Notes under the pieces: model-generated
The model's input: the letters and a program-made list of their open reading frames with translations, nothing else
Told to the model about the DNA's origin: nothing
Database searches by the model: none
DNA from: an uncultured bacterium
GTDB taxonomy: Bacteria > Electryoneota > RPQS01
Reading direction: 5' to 3'
Length of the DNA stretch: 64,000 bases
Assembly: GCA_963735175.1 (NCBI GenBank)
Contig: CAVTJX010000015.1
Coordinates: forward strand, 1,657 to 65,656
Translations under genes and position numbers: made by a program
Shown: piece by piece, positions 37,759-47,283 of the stretch
Layout of the letters: each line of letters starts with the position of its first letter
Position numbering within the stretch: the first letter of the stretch is position 1

Positions 37759-39112
37759 TTAACCCAGTTCGGTCCGCAGCCGGCGGCGGAAGATCAGCAC
37801 GGAAATCGTCACCAACAGTGCGGCCATGCCAAGCAGGACACCGACCTCGGGCAGAATACCCGCCAGCGACTGGTTGCGCCAGAAGATGTCGTGAAAACCC
37901 TCCATCGCCCAATGCACGGGCGTGACCACGGAGATCGAACGAACGGCAACGGGCATGATGAAGCTCGGAATCATCGCTCCGCCGATGGCAGACATGGCGA
38001 GAATAATCGTCACCTGATAGCCCGTCGCCTGCTCTTCGGTGCGGCCGATAGCGGCGATGATCAGGCCGACGGCGCTCATCACGAGGGCGGTGGAGACAAT
38101 CATCAACAGCAGCGAAAACGGATGGGAGAAGATGTCGAGGTGAAAGAGCAGCCGCCCGTAGAGCATCATAGCGGAGAGTTGCACCGAACCGAGGAGCACG
38201 GCCCACAGGTATTTCGATACCAGCAGCTCACCGGGCCGCGCGCCGAGTACGCGTAACCGGGCGGTCGTGCCGTCGCGCATTTCGCGCAGCAGCGAAGCGG
38301 CAATCGCGCCCACGGCAAAGAGCATGAACATCACGGCAGGGCCGGCCACGCTTTGCGCGATGCCGGGATTGACGATGTTCTGCCCCACGACCTGCACACG
38401 CGTCACCTTGAACATCTTCCCCAGCGCTTTTTCGAAGCTGAAGCCGCTGTCCGCCGTGTCCCTCCGGGACGTGTCGGGGTCGCTGCCAAGCAGCATTTCT
38501 TCGGGAAACATGCTGGCGTCGTTCAGCGAATCGGACAGCTTCAGGCCGAAGTTTTTCTCAACGGCGCGGCGCAAGTCCGCATTGAAGGAACGGGCGACGA
38601 CGGAATCCGTGGAGTAACCGGTGTTCATCATGCTCATCGGCATCAGGCCGGGAAACTCCTGAAACACCTGCCGCTGCAGGAGGCCCGAGACCACGCCGCC
38701 GGTCAGCGGATCCTTGGGATCTTCCAGCATCCACAGCCGCACTTCGCCTTTTTTCAACCCTTCCGAAAAGTCATGCGGCACGACGAGGGCAACGCTGTTG
38801 CGCCCGGATTCCACGCGGCGGCGGGCGCGGACGCTGTCGACGGCGAGGCTGTCACCGCGCAGCGTGTCGACAATCTGAATTTCTTCCAACGCATCCAGCG
38901 ACCGGAGCAGCCGCTTGCCCGCCGGTCCGTCGTCTTCGTTGACGCCGAGCACGGACATTTCATCCAGCCCGCCGCCCGAGCCGCCAAAGACGAGGCCGAA
39001 AACGAGGATCATCACCAGCGGTACGATGAAACCCAGGCCCAGGGCAACGGGATCCGCGAGAAAGATGCGGAAATCTTTTCTAATGAGGGTCAGGATGCGG
39101 CGGATCAATCGC
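37759..39112 (-). CDS. ABC-2-type transporter permease
   Basis: C-terminal 450 aa of ORF 37759..39909. A TTG start at 39112 overlaps the ATPase stop (TTGA). N-terminal helix, large extracytoplasmic loop, then five C-terminal helices. Confidence 0.75.
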
Positions 39113-39985
39113 GCAACTCCTTCCCGGTCAGTTGCAGAAAGAGCGTCTCGAAGACTCGGCCCCGTGATCTCCAGCCGGTCGTAACGCAAGCCGCTTTCCT
39201 GAATGCGGCTGACAAGCGCGCCGAGCTGCTCCGGCGCGGCGGGAACGTAATCGACATGATCGGCCTCGCGCACCAGTGTGGCGAAATCCAATGCCGGCGC
39301 GGTCTCGGCCATTTCGCCGTAAACGCGCACGACACGCGGCAGACTGACGCGGGCCAGCAATTCGTGCAGCGTGCCCTCGGCCAGCAGACGGCCATGGTCG
39401 ATGATGCCGATGCGGCGACAGAGCCGTTCGGCCTCTTCCATATAATGCGTCGTGTAGATCAGCGTTTTGCCGGCAGCGTTCAGCGCGCGCAACAGTTCGA
39501 AGATCCGCGCCCGCGACTGCGGATCGACGCCGACGGTGGGCTCGTCCAAGAGCAGAATCGGCGGATCGGCAAGCAAACCCACCGCAAGATTCAACCGCCG
39601 TTTCATGCCGCCGGAAAAAGTCTTGACCTTACTCTGCGCGCGGTCCTCAAGCCCCACCGCCGCCAACACCTCGCGAATGCGAGCCGTGAGACTCGGCCCG
39701 CGCATGCCGCTCAGCGATCCGAAGATTTGCAGATTATCGTGCGCGGTCAGGACTTCGTAGAGCGCGATCTCCTGCGGCACGACGCCGATCTGCCCCGCCA
39801 CTTCCAGCATGCCGCCGTCGGGCGTCAGCAGGCCGGAGATGATTCGTAGCAAGCGTGGTTTTCCCCGCGCCGTTCGGTCCCAGCAAGCCATAGAATTCGC
39901 CGGGTTCAATGCGCACGCTCACCCCATCGAGCGCGACGATCGCACCGAAGGTTTTGCGCAGTGCGGTGGCGGCAACAGCGGTCAT
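39105..39985 (-). CDS. ABC transporter ATP-binding protein (ABC-2 exporter type); two frame changes
   Basis: [44 protein letters not shown] (Walker A), [12 protein letters not shown] (signature) and [12 protein letters not shown] (Walker B). The native C-terminus [17 protein letters not shown] is seen in ORF 39105..39395. Confidence 0.85.
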
Positions 39986-40521
39986 GCGTGATCCCAGATA
40001 CTGACGGTGGTTTCGCCAAAGATACGGGAGCGGCGCAGCGCGAGGCCGGAAACTTCCGGCGGCGCGTTGTGCCGCGAATGCTCGTAGACCAGCACGCCGC
40101 CGTGGGCCAGCAAATCCGAGTCGAGGATCTCTTCGATCAACCGGAGCGGCGTGACTTCGTGGTAGGGCGGATCGGCAAAGACCACATCGAACGGCGTTTC
40201 CCAACGATCAGACTTGTGCAGAAAAACGCCGACCTCCTCGCGCGCCATGATCGCGCGCTCTTCGAGGTGGTATTGTTGAATCGCGCGCAGCGTGCGCTTT
40301 TCGGCTTCGTGCGACTTGTCGACGAACACGGCCAGTTCCGCGCCGCGCCGCAACGCCAACACGCCGTAAGATCCAACCCCGGAAAACAGGTCGAGCACAC
40401 GGCGGCCTTCGATTTCGCCGTTCAGGATTCCGAATACGGATTCGAGCGTGCGCGCCGCCGTGGGGCGAAGTTCAGCCGAATGTAGATTGCGGTGAGAACC
40501 GGATGAAAGGCGAACAGCCAT
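39982..40521 (-). CDS. rsmD: 16S rRNA (guanine966-N2)-methyltransferase
   Basis: ATG at 40521. Motifs [12 protein letters not shown] and VFADPPY. The stop overlaps the next start (ATGA). Confidence 0.82.
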   Translation of the reverse strand: MAVRLSSGSHRNLHSAELRPTAARTLESVFGILNGEIEGRRVLDLFSGVGSYGVLALRRGAELAVFVDKSHEAEKRTLRAIQQYHLEERAIMAREEVGVFLHKSDRWETPFDVVFADPPYHEVTPLRLIEEILDSDLLAHGGVLVYEHSRHNAPPEVSGLALRRSRIFGETTVSIWDHA

Positions 40522-40549
40522 CGTTGGACCTCCCGCATTCAATAAAGGT

Positions 40550-40957
40550 TCAGAGTGAATCGACGAAGCAGCGACCGCGAATGGCCGCGAGGCGCTTGGG
40601 ACCGATGCCCGACACGTTATCCAGTTCGTCCACGCTGGCATAACTGCCGTGCTGTTCGCGGTACTCGACCAACCGCCGCGCCAGCACCGGACCGATGCCG
40701 TCCATGCTCTCAAACTCGGACGCGCTCGCGGTGTTGATATTGACCGGTCCATTCAGCGCCGCCGCGCGCGCGGTGAAAATCGAATCGGCCCGCGTCCGCA
40801 GCGCCAGCAGCGCGGCATCATTTTCGACCACGGTCAGCGGATACTCCACGTCCCGGCCGCGGATCCAGCGGATCCCGTGCAGGCCGAGGCCGACGACGAA
40901 CGCAGCGCTCAGCAGCCAGACCAGCGTCGCCCGCCGGAAGTCGAGCTTCCACATCAT
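40550..40957 (-). CDS. comEA: ComEA-family helix-hairpin-helix DNA-binding protein
   Basis: Intact 135-aa ORF with an N-terminal membrane anchor, then VNINTASASEFESMDGIGPVLARRLVEYREQHG...VSGIGPKRL. Confidence 0.82.
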   Translation of the reverse strand: MMWKLDFRRATLVWLLSAAFVVGLGLHGIRWIRGRDVEYPLTVVENDAALLALRTRADSIFTARAAALNGPVNINTASASEFESMDGIGPVLARRLVEYREQHGSYASVDELDNVSGIGPKRLAAIRGRCFVDSL

Positions 40958-42118
40958 GTGCCGAAAGTCTCCTTGGTCTTTTTAAAGAAGCCTTTGTCAG
41001 TGGCCGGTGGCTTGAAGTTGTCGGACGCTTTCAATTCGTTCAGCAGCTCCCGCTCGCGCGGCGAAAGCTTTTTCGGCACGGCTACCTGAATCTCCACCAT
41101 CTGGTCGCCGGTACGGTAGCCGTTCAGTTGCGGCAGGCCCTTGCCGCGCATCCGCAGCACGCGGCCCGGCTCGGTGCCGGGTTCGATTTTCAGCCGCGCA
41201 CGTCCCGCCAGCGTGGGCACGTCCACTTCGTCGCCGAGCACGACTTGCGGAATCGTCAGGTGTAGCGTGTAGATGATGTTGGCGCCGTCGCGCACGAAGT
41301 ACTCATGGGGCTGTTCGTCGATCACGACCACGAGGTCGCCCGCCGGTCCGCCGTGCGGACCCGCGTTGCCTTCACCGCGCAGCGTTAAATACTGTCCCGC
41401 CGCCACACCCGCGGGAATGTCCACCGTGACGACGGTTTCCTCGCGCGTCCGCCCCTCGCCCTTGCACGACGGACAGGGATCGGCGGTAATCTTGCCTTCG
41501 CCGTGGCACGTGGGACACGGCTGCACGCTCACAAATTGCCCGAGGAACGTGCTCGACACCTGGCGCACCTGACCAATGCCGTGGCAGGTGGTGCAGTTCT
41601 TGCGCTGCGTGCCTTTCTTCGCGCCGCTGCCGCCGCATTCGGCGCAGGGACGATATCGTTTGACCTTGAGTTTTTTCTGCACGCCGGTGGCGATTTCTTC
41701 GAGCGTCAGCGGCAGTTTGACTTGCAGGTCGTTGCCGCGCATGTGCTGCGGAGCGCCACCGCCGCCGCCGCTGGCCAAAGGGAGAATCCCCGCCGCCGCC
41801 GAACATGCCGCCTTCCATGAACTGCCGCAGCGCGTCGGAAAGATCGAACTCGAATCCGCCGCCGTAGCCTTCGGCCGGGCCCGGACCCGCTCCCGCGCCG
41901 GCATGGCCGAAGCGGTCGTAGCGAGCGCGTTTATTGTCGTCCGAGAGCACGGCATAGGCTTCGCCCACCTCCTTGAATTTCTCTTCGGCGGCGGCGTCGC
42001 CCTTGTTGCGGTCGGGGTGATATTGCATCGCCAGCTTGCGGTAGGCTTTTTTCACGTCCTCCGCGCTGGCGTCGCGCTTTACACCCAGCACCTCATAGTA
42101 ATCGTGTTTGGTGGCCAT
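40954..42118 (-). CDS. dnaJ: Molecular chaperone DnaJ; one frame change near 41790
   Basis: J domain DYYEVLGV...YHPDRN (ORF 41372..42118), a Gly-rich linker, then the four CxxCxGxG zinc-finger repeats and the C-terminal domains in ORF 40954..41955. Confidence 0.93.
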
Positions 42119-42136
42119 ATATCGCTGAACGGGGGC

Positions 42137-42716
42137 TTAAGATTGTGTCGACGATGCATCGGCATCGCCTTCGGTGGATACGACCACCTGCGCGTGGCGG
42201 ATCACGCTATCGCCCAGGCGGTAGCCGGGAGTGATGACCTCGAGCACGGTGCCGGCGGGAAAGCCCGGCGTGGCGCGCGTCGCCAACGCGTCGTGCTGTT
42301 CGGGATCGAACGGCTTACCCATCGCGTCCATGATCGTTACGCCCTGCGCCTCGAAAAACGCGCGCAGTTTGTCGCGCACCAGTTCGGCGCCGCGGCGCAG
42401 CGGATCGTCGGCACTGGCGGCGGCCAGCAGGCGGTTGAAGTCGTCCATCACGGGCAGCAGCGATGTAATCAACGATTCCGCCACGACCTCGCGCAAGCAG
42501 CGTTGTCTCCTGCCGCGTGCGGCGGCGGAAGTTGTCGAACTCGGCGATCTTGCGCACATACTTGTCCTGCCATTCGGCGGCTTCGGCGCGCAATTTCTCC
42601 AGTTCGTTTGTCCCGCCGGTTTCGGCGGGATTCAGCGGTCCCTCCGCGGAGCCGGCGGTCTCATCGAGATCGCCACCTTCCGTGCCGCCATTGTCATAAC
42701 GCTTACGTTCATCCAT
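42137..42716 (-). CDS. grpE: Nucleotide exchange factor GrpE; one frame change near 42500
   Basis: MDERKRYDNGG...WQDKYVRKIAEFDNFRRRTRQE (ORF 42315..43058) continues with LLPVMDDFNRLL...GYRLGDSVIRHAQV (ORF 42137..42559). Confidence 0.9.
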
Positions 42717-42736
42717 ATCTTCAGTCCGTGTTCGTT

Positions 42737-43807
42737 TCATTTGAGACTGGACCCGCCCGCGAGGTGGCGGGTGATCGTGCGCGCGGTGAATTCGACCAAG
42801 CTTTTCAGTTTGGAATAATCCATGCGCGTGGGACCGATCACTCCGAGTTTGCCGGAGATCAGCGGCGTGGTGTAATTCGAGGTGAGCACCGAGAGCGACT
42901 TGGCGCGGGCGTCGGGATTCTCGCTGCCGATGGAGATCGGCTACCTGTTCGCCCTCGACCTGCTGCTGGAAGAGATGGACGATGATGTCCTTGTCCTCGA
43001 GCAGTTCGATGATCCCGCGCATGGTGCGGGGATCGGCGAATTCGGGCTGCGAAAGCACCTCGGCGCGGCCGCCGATCTTCAGCGCCTCGTGCTCGGCAAA
43101 GGTAAACAGTTTTTCGGCGGAGTCGACAAAGAAGCGGACGAGCCCAGGATGCTGGGGGTGATCGCCGAAAAGCGCTCGCCGATTTCCGAGCGCACCTGCG
43201 CGAGCGTGAGGCCCGCGAGGCGGCTGTTGATGGCGTGCGCAATCTGCCGGAGCTGCTCCTCGGGAATCGACTGTTCGAGTTCCACCATGATCGTCCGCAC
43301 CGGCCCGGATTCGAGCGCGATGATGACCAGCACGCGGCTTTCGGCGAGGCGCACGAGGTCCACGCGATGCAGCACGGCGTCGTCCAGCGCCGGTACCATG
43401 GCAATCGAGAGTAGCCGCGAGGCGTTGGAAAGTACGCGCGCGGTGACCGCCATGATTTCGTCGATCTCCTGCGACACCCCTTCGAACTCGCGCTCTATGG
43501 CCTCGCGCTCTTCGCTCGACAGTTCGCGGCTCTCCATCAGGTCGTTGACATAGAGCCGGTAGCCGAGATCGGATGGTACGCGCCCGGCGGAGGTGTGCGG
43601 ATGCGCCAAGAGACCCATCTCTTCGAGATCGGCCATGACGTTGCGAATCGTGGCCGGCGAGAGATCGAGGCCGCGTTTGCGCGAAAGCTGCCGCGAACCC
43701 ACGGGGGCGGCGGTGAGGATGAAGTGATGCACCACCGCGCTCAGGATTTCGCGTTCCCGTTCAGTCAGGGGGGGCAGTGATGTCACGTGGGCATTTCCAT
43801 CAGTCAA
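42737..43807 (-). CDS. hrcA: Heat-inducible transcription repressor HrcA; two frame changes
   Basis: LTEREREILSAVVHHFILTAAPVGSRQLS...SPATIRNVMADLEEMGLL..PHTSAGRVPSDLGYRLYV (ORF 43079..43807). The C-terminus ...GKLGVIGPTRMDYSKL... ends at TGA 42737..42739 in another frame. Confidence 0.9.
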
Positions 43808-43875
43808 AACAGGCGTTGCCGGAGTTTCCCGCCGCCGCTTTTGGCAGGCGTGGCGAGGCAGAATTGTATCTTTGA

Positions 43876-43904
43876 AAAATACGGACTTTTGACCCCATTG
43901 TCAA
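43876..43904 (-). promoter_or_regulatory. Sigma-70-like promoter for hrcA-grpE-dnaJ
   Basis: Minus strand reads TTGACA-17 nt-TATTTT, about 70 nt upstream of the hrcA start. Confidence 0.6.
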
Positions 43905-44014
43905 GCCCGCAACAGACATCATAATATCATGAATATTCGTGAATTACGGGCATTCTGCGGAGATTTGTCGCCCCTGCCCGCCGCCCCGCATGGGATTCTA
44001 AGCCACTGAATAGC

Positions 44015-44039
44015 AAAAAAATACCCGGCTAGCCGGGGT
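44015..44039 (-). terminator. Rho-independent terminator on the minus strand with no upstream CDS
   Basis: Minus strand reads ACCCCGG-CTAG-CCGGGT followed by ATTTTTTT. Confidence 0.65.
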
Positions 44040-44191
44040 CTGTGTGTATTACTCATACTCCCAGTACCGAAGTTCCACCCCCAGTGCGCGGCGCTAGATC
44101 AGGGCGCGTCACCCGGGGATTGCCGCGCTTCGCTGGCTGGGTCTTCCGCCGAGGCAGGTCGTCTTCGCCCTGCCCGGAATCCGTCTTGAGC

Positions 44192-44216
44192 TTCGAATTT
44201 CGGATTTCGAATTCTC
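44192..44216. repeat. Tandem heptamers TTCGAAT TTCGGAT TTCGAAT TCTC
   Basis: Read directly. Confidence 0.75.
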
Positions 44217-44340
44217 TTTGTCCTTTCCAATATCCCTTGACATCCGCCACTCCATTTACAATTTTGAAATTATCATCGTCGGACTCAGCGTCGACATCCT
44301 CTCCTGCCTGCGGCACAATCACATCCCTCGAGGTCGTAGC

Positions 44341-44571
44341 ATGAAAGCCTTCCTCATCATCGCCGTCTTGGCCACGCTGCCCGCCATGGCCTGCATGGCT
44401 ATTGCCGAGCACAAAGGTTACAGCGTCAAGGTCGCCGGGATTCTGTGCTTTCTCACTTCGCTACTCTACATCGTCCCCGGCCTCATCGTCATCATCATCT
44501 ACGCCCTCATGCCCTTCAATCGCCCGAACAACATCCCGCCACCACCACCACCCTCCGATTTGCCGTCCTGA
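44341..44571 (+). CDS. Small membrane protein (76 aa) with a Pro-rich tail
   Basis: ATG at 44341 (MKAFLIIAVLATLPAMACMAI...), two hydrophobic helices and the C-terminal NNIPPPPPPSDLPS. Confidence 0.45.
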   Translation: MKAFLIIAVLATLPAMACMAIAEHKGYSVKVAGILCFLTSLLYIVPGLIVIIIYALMPFNRPNNIPPPPPPSDLPS

Positions 44572-44731
44572 CCTTCATGTTGTTGATCCTCATTACGCTC
44601 CGCCGGAAGGGTTTCTAATGGCGACCAACTCCACCGCCGCAGCCGTGCTTTACTGAGATTCGTGTCCCACATTCAGTCTTTCAACGATTTGGCTTGTCTT
44701 CAGCGACCAGCCGCCCAGACAATTCCCGGTC

Positions 44732-44756
44732 GACAATGATTGTCAAGTAATTGACA
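44732..44756. promoter_or_regulatory. Overlapping palindromes GACAAT-G-ATTGTC and TGTCAA-GTAA-TTGACA (operator-like); the last half-site is a TTGACA -35-like hexamer
   Basis: Read directly in a long non-coding stretch. Confidence 0.4.
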
Positions 44757-44799
44757 GTTGTTCAACCTTTGAGCGATTTTCAGACCGCAGATTGCTAAG

Positions 44800-44830
44800 T
44801 TCCCGCCTTACAGCCGGGAATTTTTTATTT
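44800..44830 (+). terminator. Hairpin plus T-run (TTCCCG-N9-CGGGAA-TTTTTTATTTT)
   Basis: 6-bp stem followed by a long T-rich run. No CDS precedes it. Confidence 0.5.
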
Positions 44831-45142
44831 TCTAACAATCCACCTACACCAAATCACATGGACTTATTGGCAATTTTCGCCATGGTAGATTGTCTGCGTC
44901 CTTCTCGGAATCCACGCTCTTCCGCTGATCCTCCGCACGCGAACGCTGTCAGTTTGGCGGCCATGACAAGTATGCCCAATAGCTCATTGACATAATAAAC
45001 GCGCGGGGTGAGGGCACCCCGCACGGCGATTCGGATAGGCGGCTCTTGGATTTCGGCCGGGTTGCGCCAGTTGTGGTTCGCGGTAGATGCGGAAAGGGTC
45101 GCCCGCTTAACACGGCTCGGCGGATGGTGGCGTGCGCATCAC

Positions 45143-45180
45143 GTAGGGGAGGGTTGCGGAAGACCTTAACCCTCCCCTAC
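45143..45180. repeat. REP-like palindrome with GTAG on both arms (GTAGGGGAGGGTT-N12-AACCCTCCCCTAC)
   Basis: Perfect 13-bp inverted repeat. Confidence 0.8.
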
Positions 45181-45198
45181 ACCACCCGGCCTCCGCCG

Positions 45199-45219
45199 TT
45201 CATCATTCATCGTTCACTG
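45199..45219. repeat. Tandem heptamers TTCATCA TTCATCG TTCACTG overlapping the ftsX stop codon
   Basis: Read directly. Same unit as 16023..16056. Confidence 0.7.
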
Positions 45220-46069
45220 AAGTCGCACTTTTCTTGGTGGCGAGAGGAGGCCGGCGGCGAAGGCGAGGAGGATCGACGCGGCGATCAGCAGCAGATAGAA
45301 ACCGAGCGGAAAGTGGACGGGGCGCAGCAGCAGCCACGAATAGAAGCGGCTGAGGCCGTAGATGAGCAACGCCGCGCCGAAGCCGCCCATGATGCCCGCG
45401 AGGGTTTCCTGCCAGAGGAGCGCGAGGCGAATCATGCCCAGCGATAAACCCGAGAGCTGCAAGAATTCCCACGTGGCGATGCGGTTGCGGACCTGCGCGC
45501 GCAAGCAGAGACCGACGAGCAGGATCATCAGCAGCGTCGCGCCCAAAGCGACGAGGCCGATGTCGCCGGTTAGCCGCGTGACCAGCTTATCGAAGTCCGC
45601 CCAGAGTCTGCGGGGATAGACCACGTCCGCGACTTCGGGCCACTGCCGCGCGGCGTTGGTGAGGCTGTCGAGGCCGCGCAGCGAAATCTGGCCGAAGCGC
45701 ACCCGCACGAGCGGCGGGAAACGGATTCGCGCCGAAGAGCTGGCCGAGGTTTTCGCCGGTCTCGCGCTCGATCTCCCGCAAGGTCTGTTCGGGCGGAATG
45801 TACTGCACGAACTCCGCCGACGGCCAGCTTTCCACCCGCTGCATGACGGCCGCGCGCGCGGCCTCGCTGGTGGCAGCGAGTTCCAATTCCACCGAGAGCG
45901 CGGAGAGAAACTGCCCCTGCACCGAACGCAACAAATACACCGTGCCGCCGAGACCACCCACGATGGATGTCCCGAGCGCCAGCAGCAATACCGCCAACAG
46001 CGTGAGCGTGGGCCGCGAGCGCAGCGTGCCCCAGCCGAGTTGAAAAGCCAGACGGAGGCGGCTGATCAT
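45214..46069 (-). CDS. ftsX: FtsX-like permease; one frame change near 45715
   Basis: ORF 45587..46069 (MISRLRLAFQLGWGTLRSRPTLTLLAVLLLALG...) continues in ORF 45214..45957 with three C-terminal helices. The start overlaps the ftsE stop. Confidence 0.78.
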
Positions 46070-46770
46070 ACCAGCCCCCCCTTCTCAAGTCGCAACCGCC
46101 GGGCGAGGTCGGCGAGCTTGGTGGGCCGGTGGGAGGTGATGATGATCGTCATGCCGCGCGCGTGCGCCGCCTCTAAAAGCGCCTCGGCTTCAGCGGCGGA
46201 ATCGGGATCGAGATGAGCAAACGGCTCATCGGCCATCACGAGATAGGGCTTATGGATGAGCGCGCGGGCGATTTGCAAGCGCGCCTGCTCGCCGCCCGAA
46301 AGCTGATGCGGTCGCTTGCGCGTGGCGTTGGCGAGATTCGCGTCCATCAACATCCGCGTGCCTTCGGCCCGGCAGTGCGCGGCGGTTTCGCCCTGAATTG
46401 CCAGCGGCAGCGAGACATTGCTGAGCACGCTGGCCCCGTCCAAAAAGCGCGGCAATTGAAACACCATCCCGATGCGCCGCCGCAAGTCTGTAATGGTTGA
46501 CGCAGAGGCGCGGCCCAAGTCGGCCCCCAGCACCCGGGCCACGCCGGATTGCACCGGCAACGCGCCGAGAAGTAGTCGCACGAGGGTGGTTTTGCCGGCG
46601 CCGGTCGCGCCTTCAATCAAAACCAGATCTCCACGCATGACGCGAAGATTGATCCCGGCCAGGACGGATCTGCCCGGAAAGCCGGTAGATACGTTCACAA
46701 GGTCGATGACGGTGGTGGGGATTTCGGGGAAAGGGGACATGTGCAGTGGTGGATTCGGGGCGGGATTCAT
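46066..46770 (-). CDS. ftsE: FtsE-like ABC ATPase
   Basis: Intact ORF with GATGAGKTT, LSGGEQARLQIARAL and LVMADEPFAHLD. An alternative ATG at 46740 is possible. Confidence 0.82.
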   Translation of the reverse strand: MNPAPNPPLHMSPFPEIPTTVIDLVNVSTGFPGRSVLAGINLRVMRGDLVLIEGATGAGKTTLVRLLLGALPVQSGVARVLGADLGRASASTITDLRRRIGMVFQLPRFLDGASVLSNVSLPLAIQGETAAHCRAEGTRMLMDANLANATRKRPHQLSGGEQARLQIARALIHKPYLVMADEPFAHLDPDSAAEAEALLEAAHARGMTIIITSHRPTKLADLARRLRLEKGGLV

Positions 46771-47149
46771 ATAGAATATGGTAAATTACGCGCTCAATGT
46801 CCACTGCCGGATGCAAGTACGCCTCAATCGCTGTAGATAGCCTCTCGAATTGCCTTTCCTCCTGAGCGGAAACTTGCAGAACGGCTTGACATTTGCTCCT
46901 TGTGATCATCGATGTGATACGCTTATCGTCCGCCATCTTCGCCGAATCACTATGTTATTGGTGAATTCTTGCACATGCAAAATTTATAACATAAAATATA
47001 TGATATACTTGATAGCGGATATTGGAGTCTAATGAAAACTATTTGAGAAGACAGTCTGGGTCAAGGATGTTCTCAACTGCACGGAATGCGGCCTTGGCAC
47101 TCAGTCCGGCACGGAAGTTAGCACCTTAAACGGACGTTATAAACGAAGC

Positions 47150-47178
47150 TTGACCTTGCACGAGGAGATGTTTATATT
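47150..47178 (+). promoter_or_regulatory. Sigma-70-like promoter for the pyrophosphatase gene
   Basis: TTGACC-17 nt-TATATT, about 105 nt upstream of the ATG at 47284. Confidence 0.6.
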
Positions 47179-47283
47179 ACAAGGTTATCCGATGTCTAAA
47201 CGATTGCAAACGGATAAAATGCGCCCGCGAGCCGGGTTCGCTCGTCGATTAACCCAAACAAAGCCATAAATTCAAGGAGAGTT

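Noticed and set aside
37759-39909. Single 716-aa ORF that looks like a fused ABC ATPase-permease
   Set aside because: The native ATPase C-terminus ([17 protein letters not shown]) is visible in another frame ending at 39105. The permease has its own TTG start in a TTGA overlap. The fusion is created by a 1-nt indel.
44040-44216. SRP (4.5S) RNA hypothesis for the GC-rich non-coding segment
   Set aside because: It contains GGAA and a UGACGCG stretch reminiscent of E. coli 4.5S RNA. However, the conserved helix-8 motif (GGAAGCAGC opposite AGGUC/CAGG) cannot be formed. It is kept only as an unassigned ncRNA candidate.
46613-46936. 107-aa minus ORF upstream of and overlapping ftsE
   Set aside because: Its second half is an out-of-frame read of the ftsE N-terminus. 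The first ~55 aa in the AT-rich gap have no recognisable features. It may be a small leader ORF, but there is no support for that.
47093-47130. CIRCE-like half-sites (TTGGCACTC and TTAGCACC) upstream of hppA
   Set aside because: No inverted partner GAGTGCTAA lies at the required 9-nt spacing, and the location is unrelated to chaperone genes.
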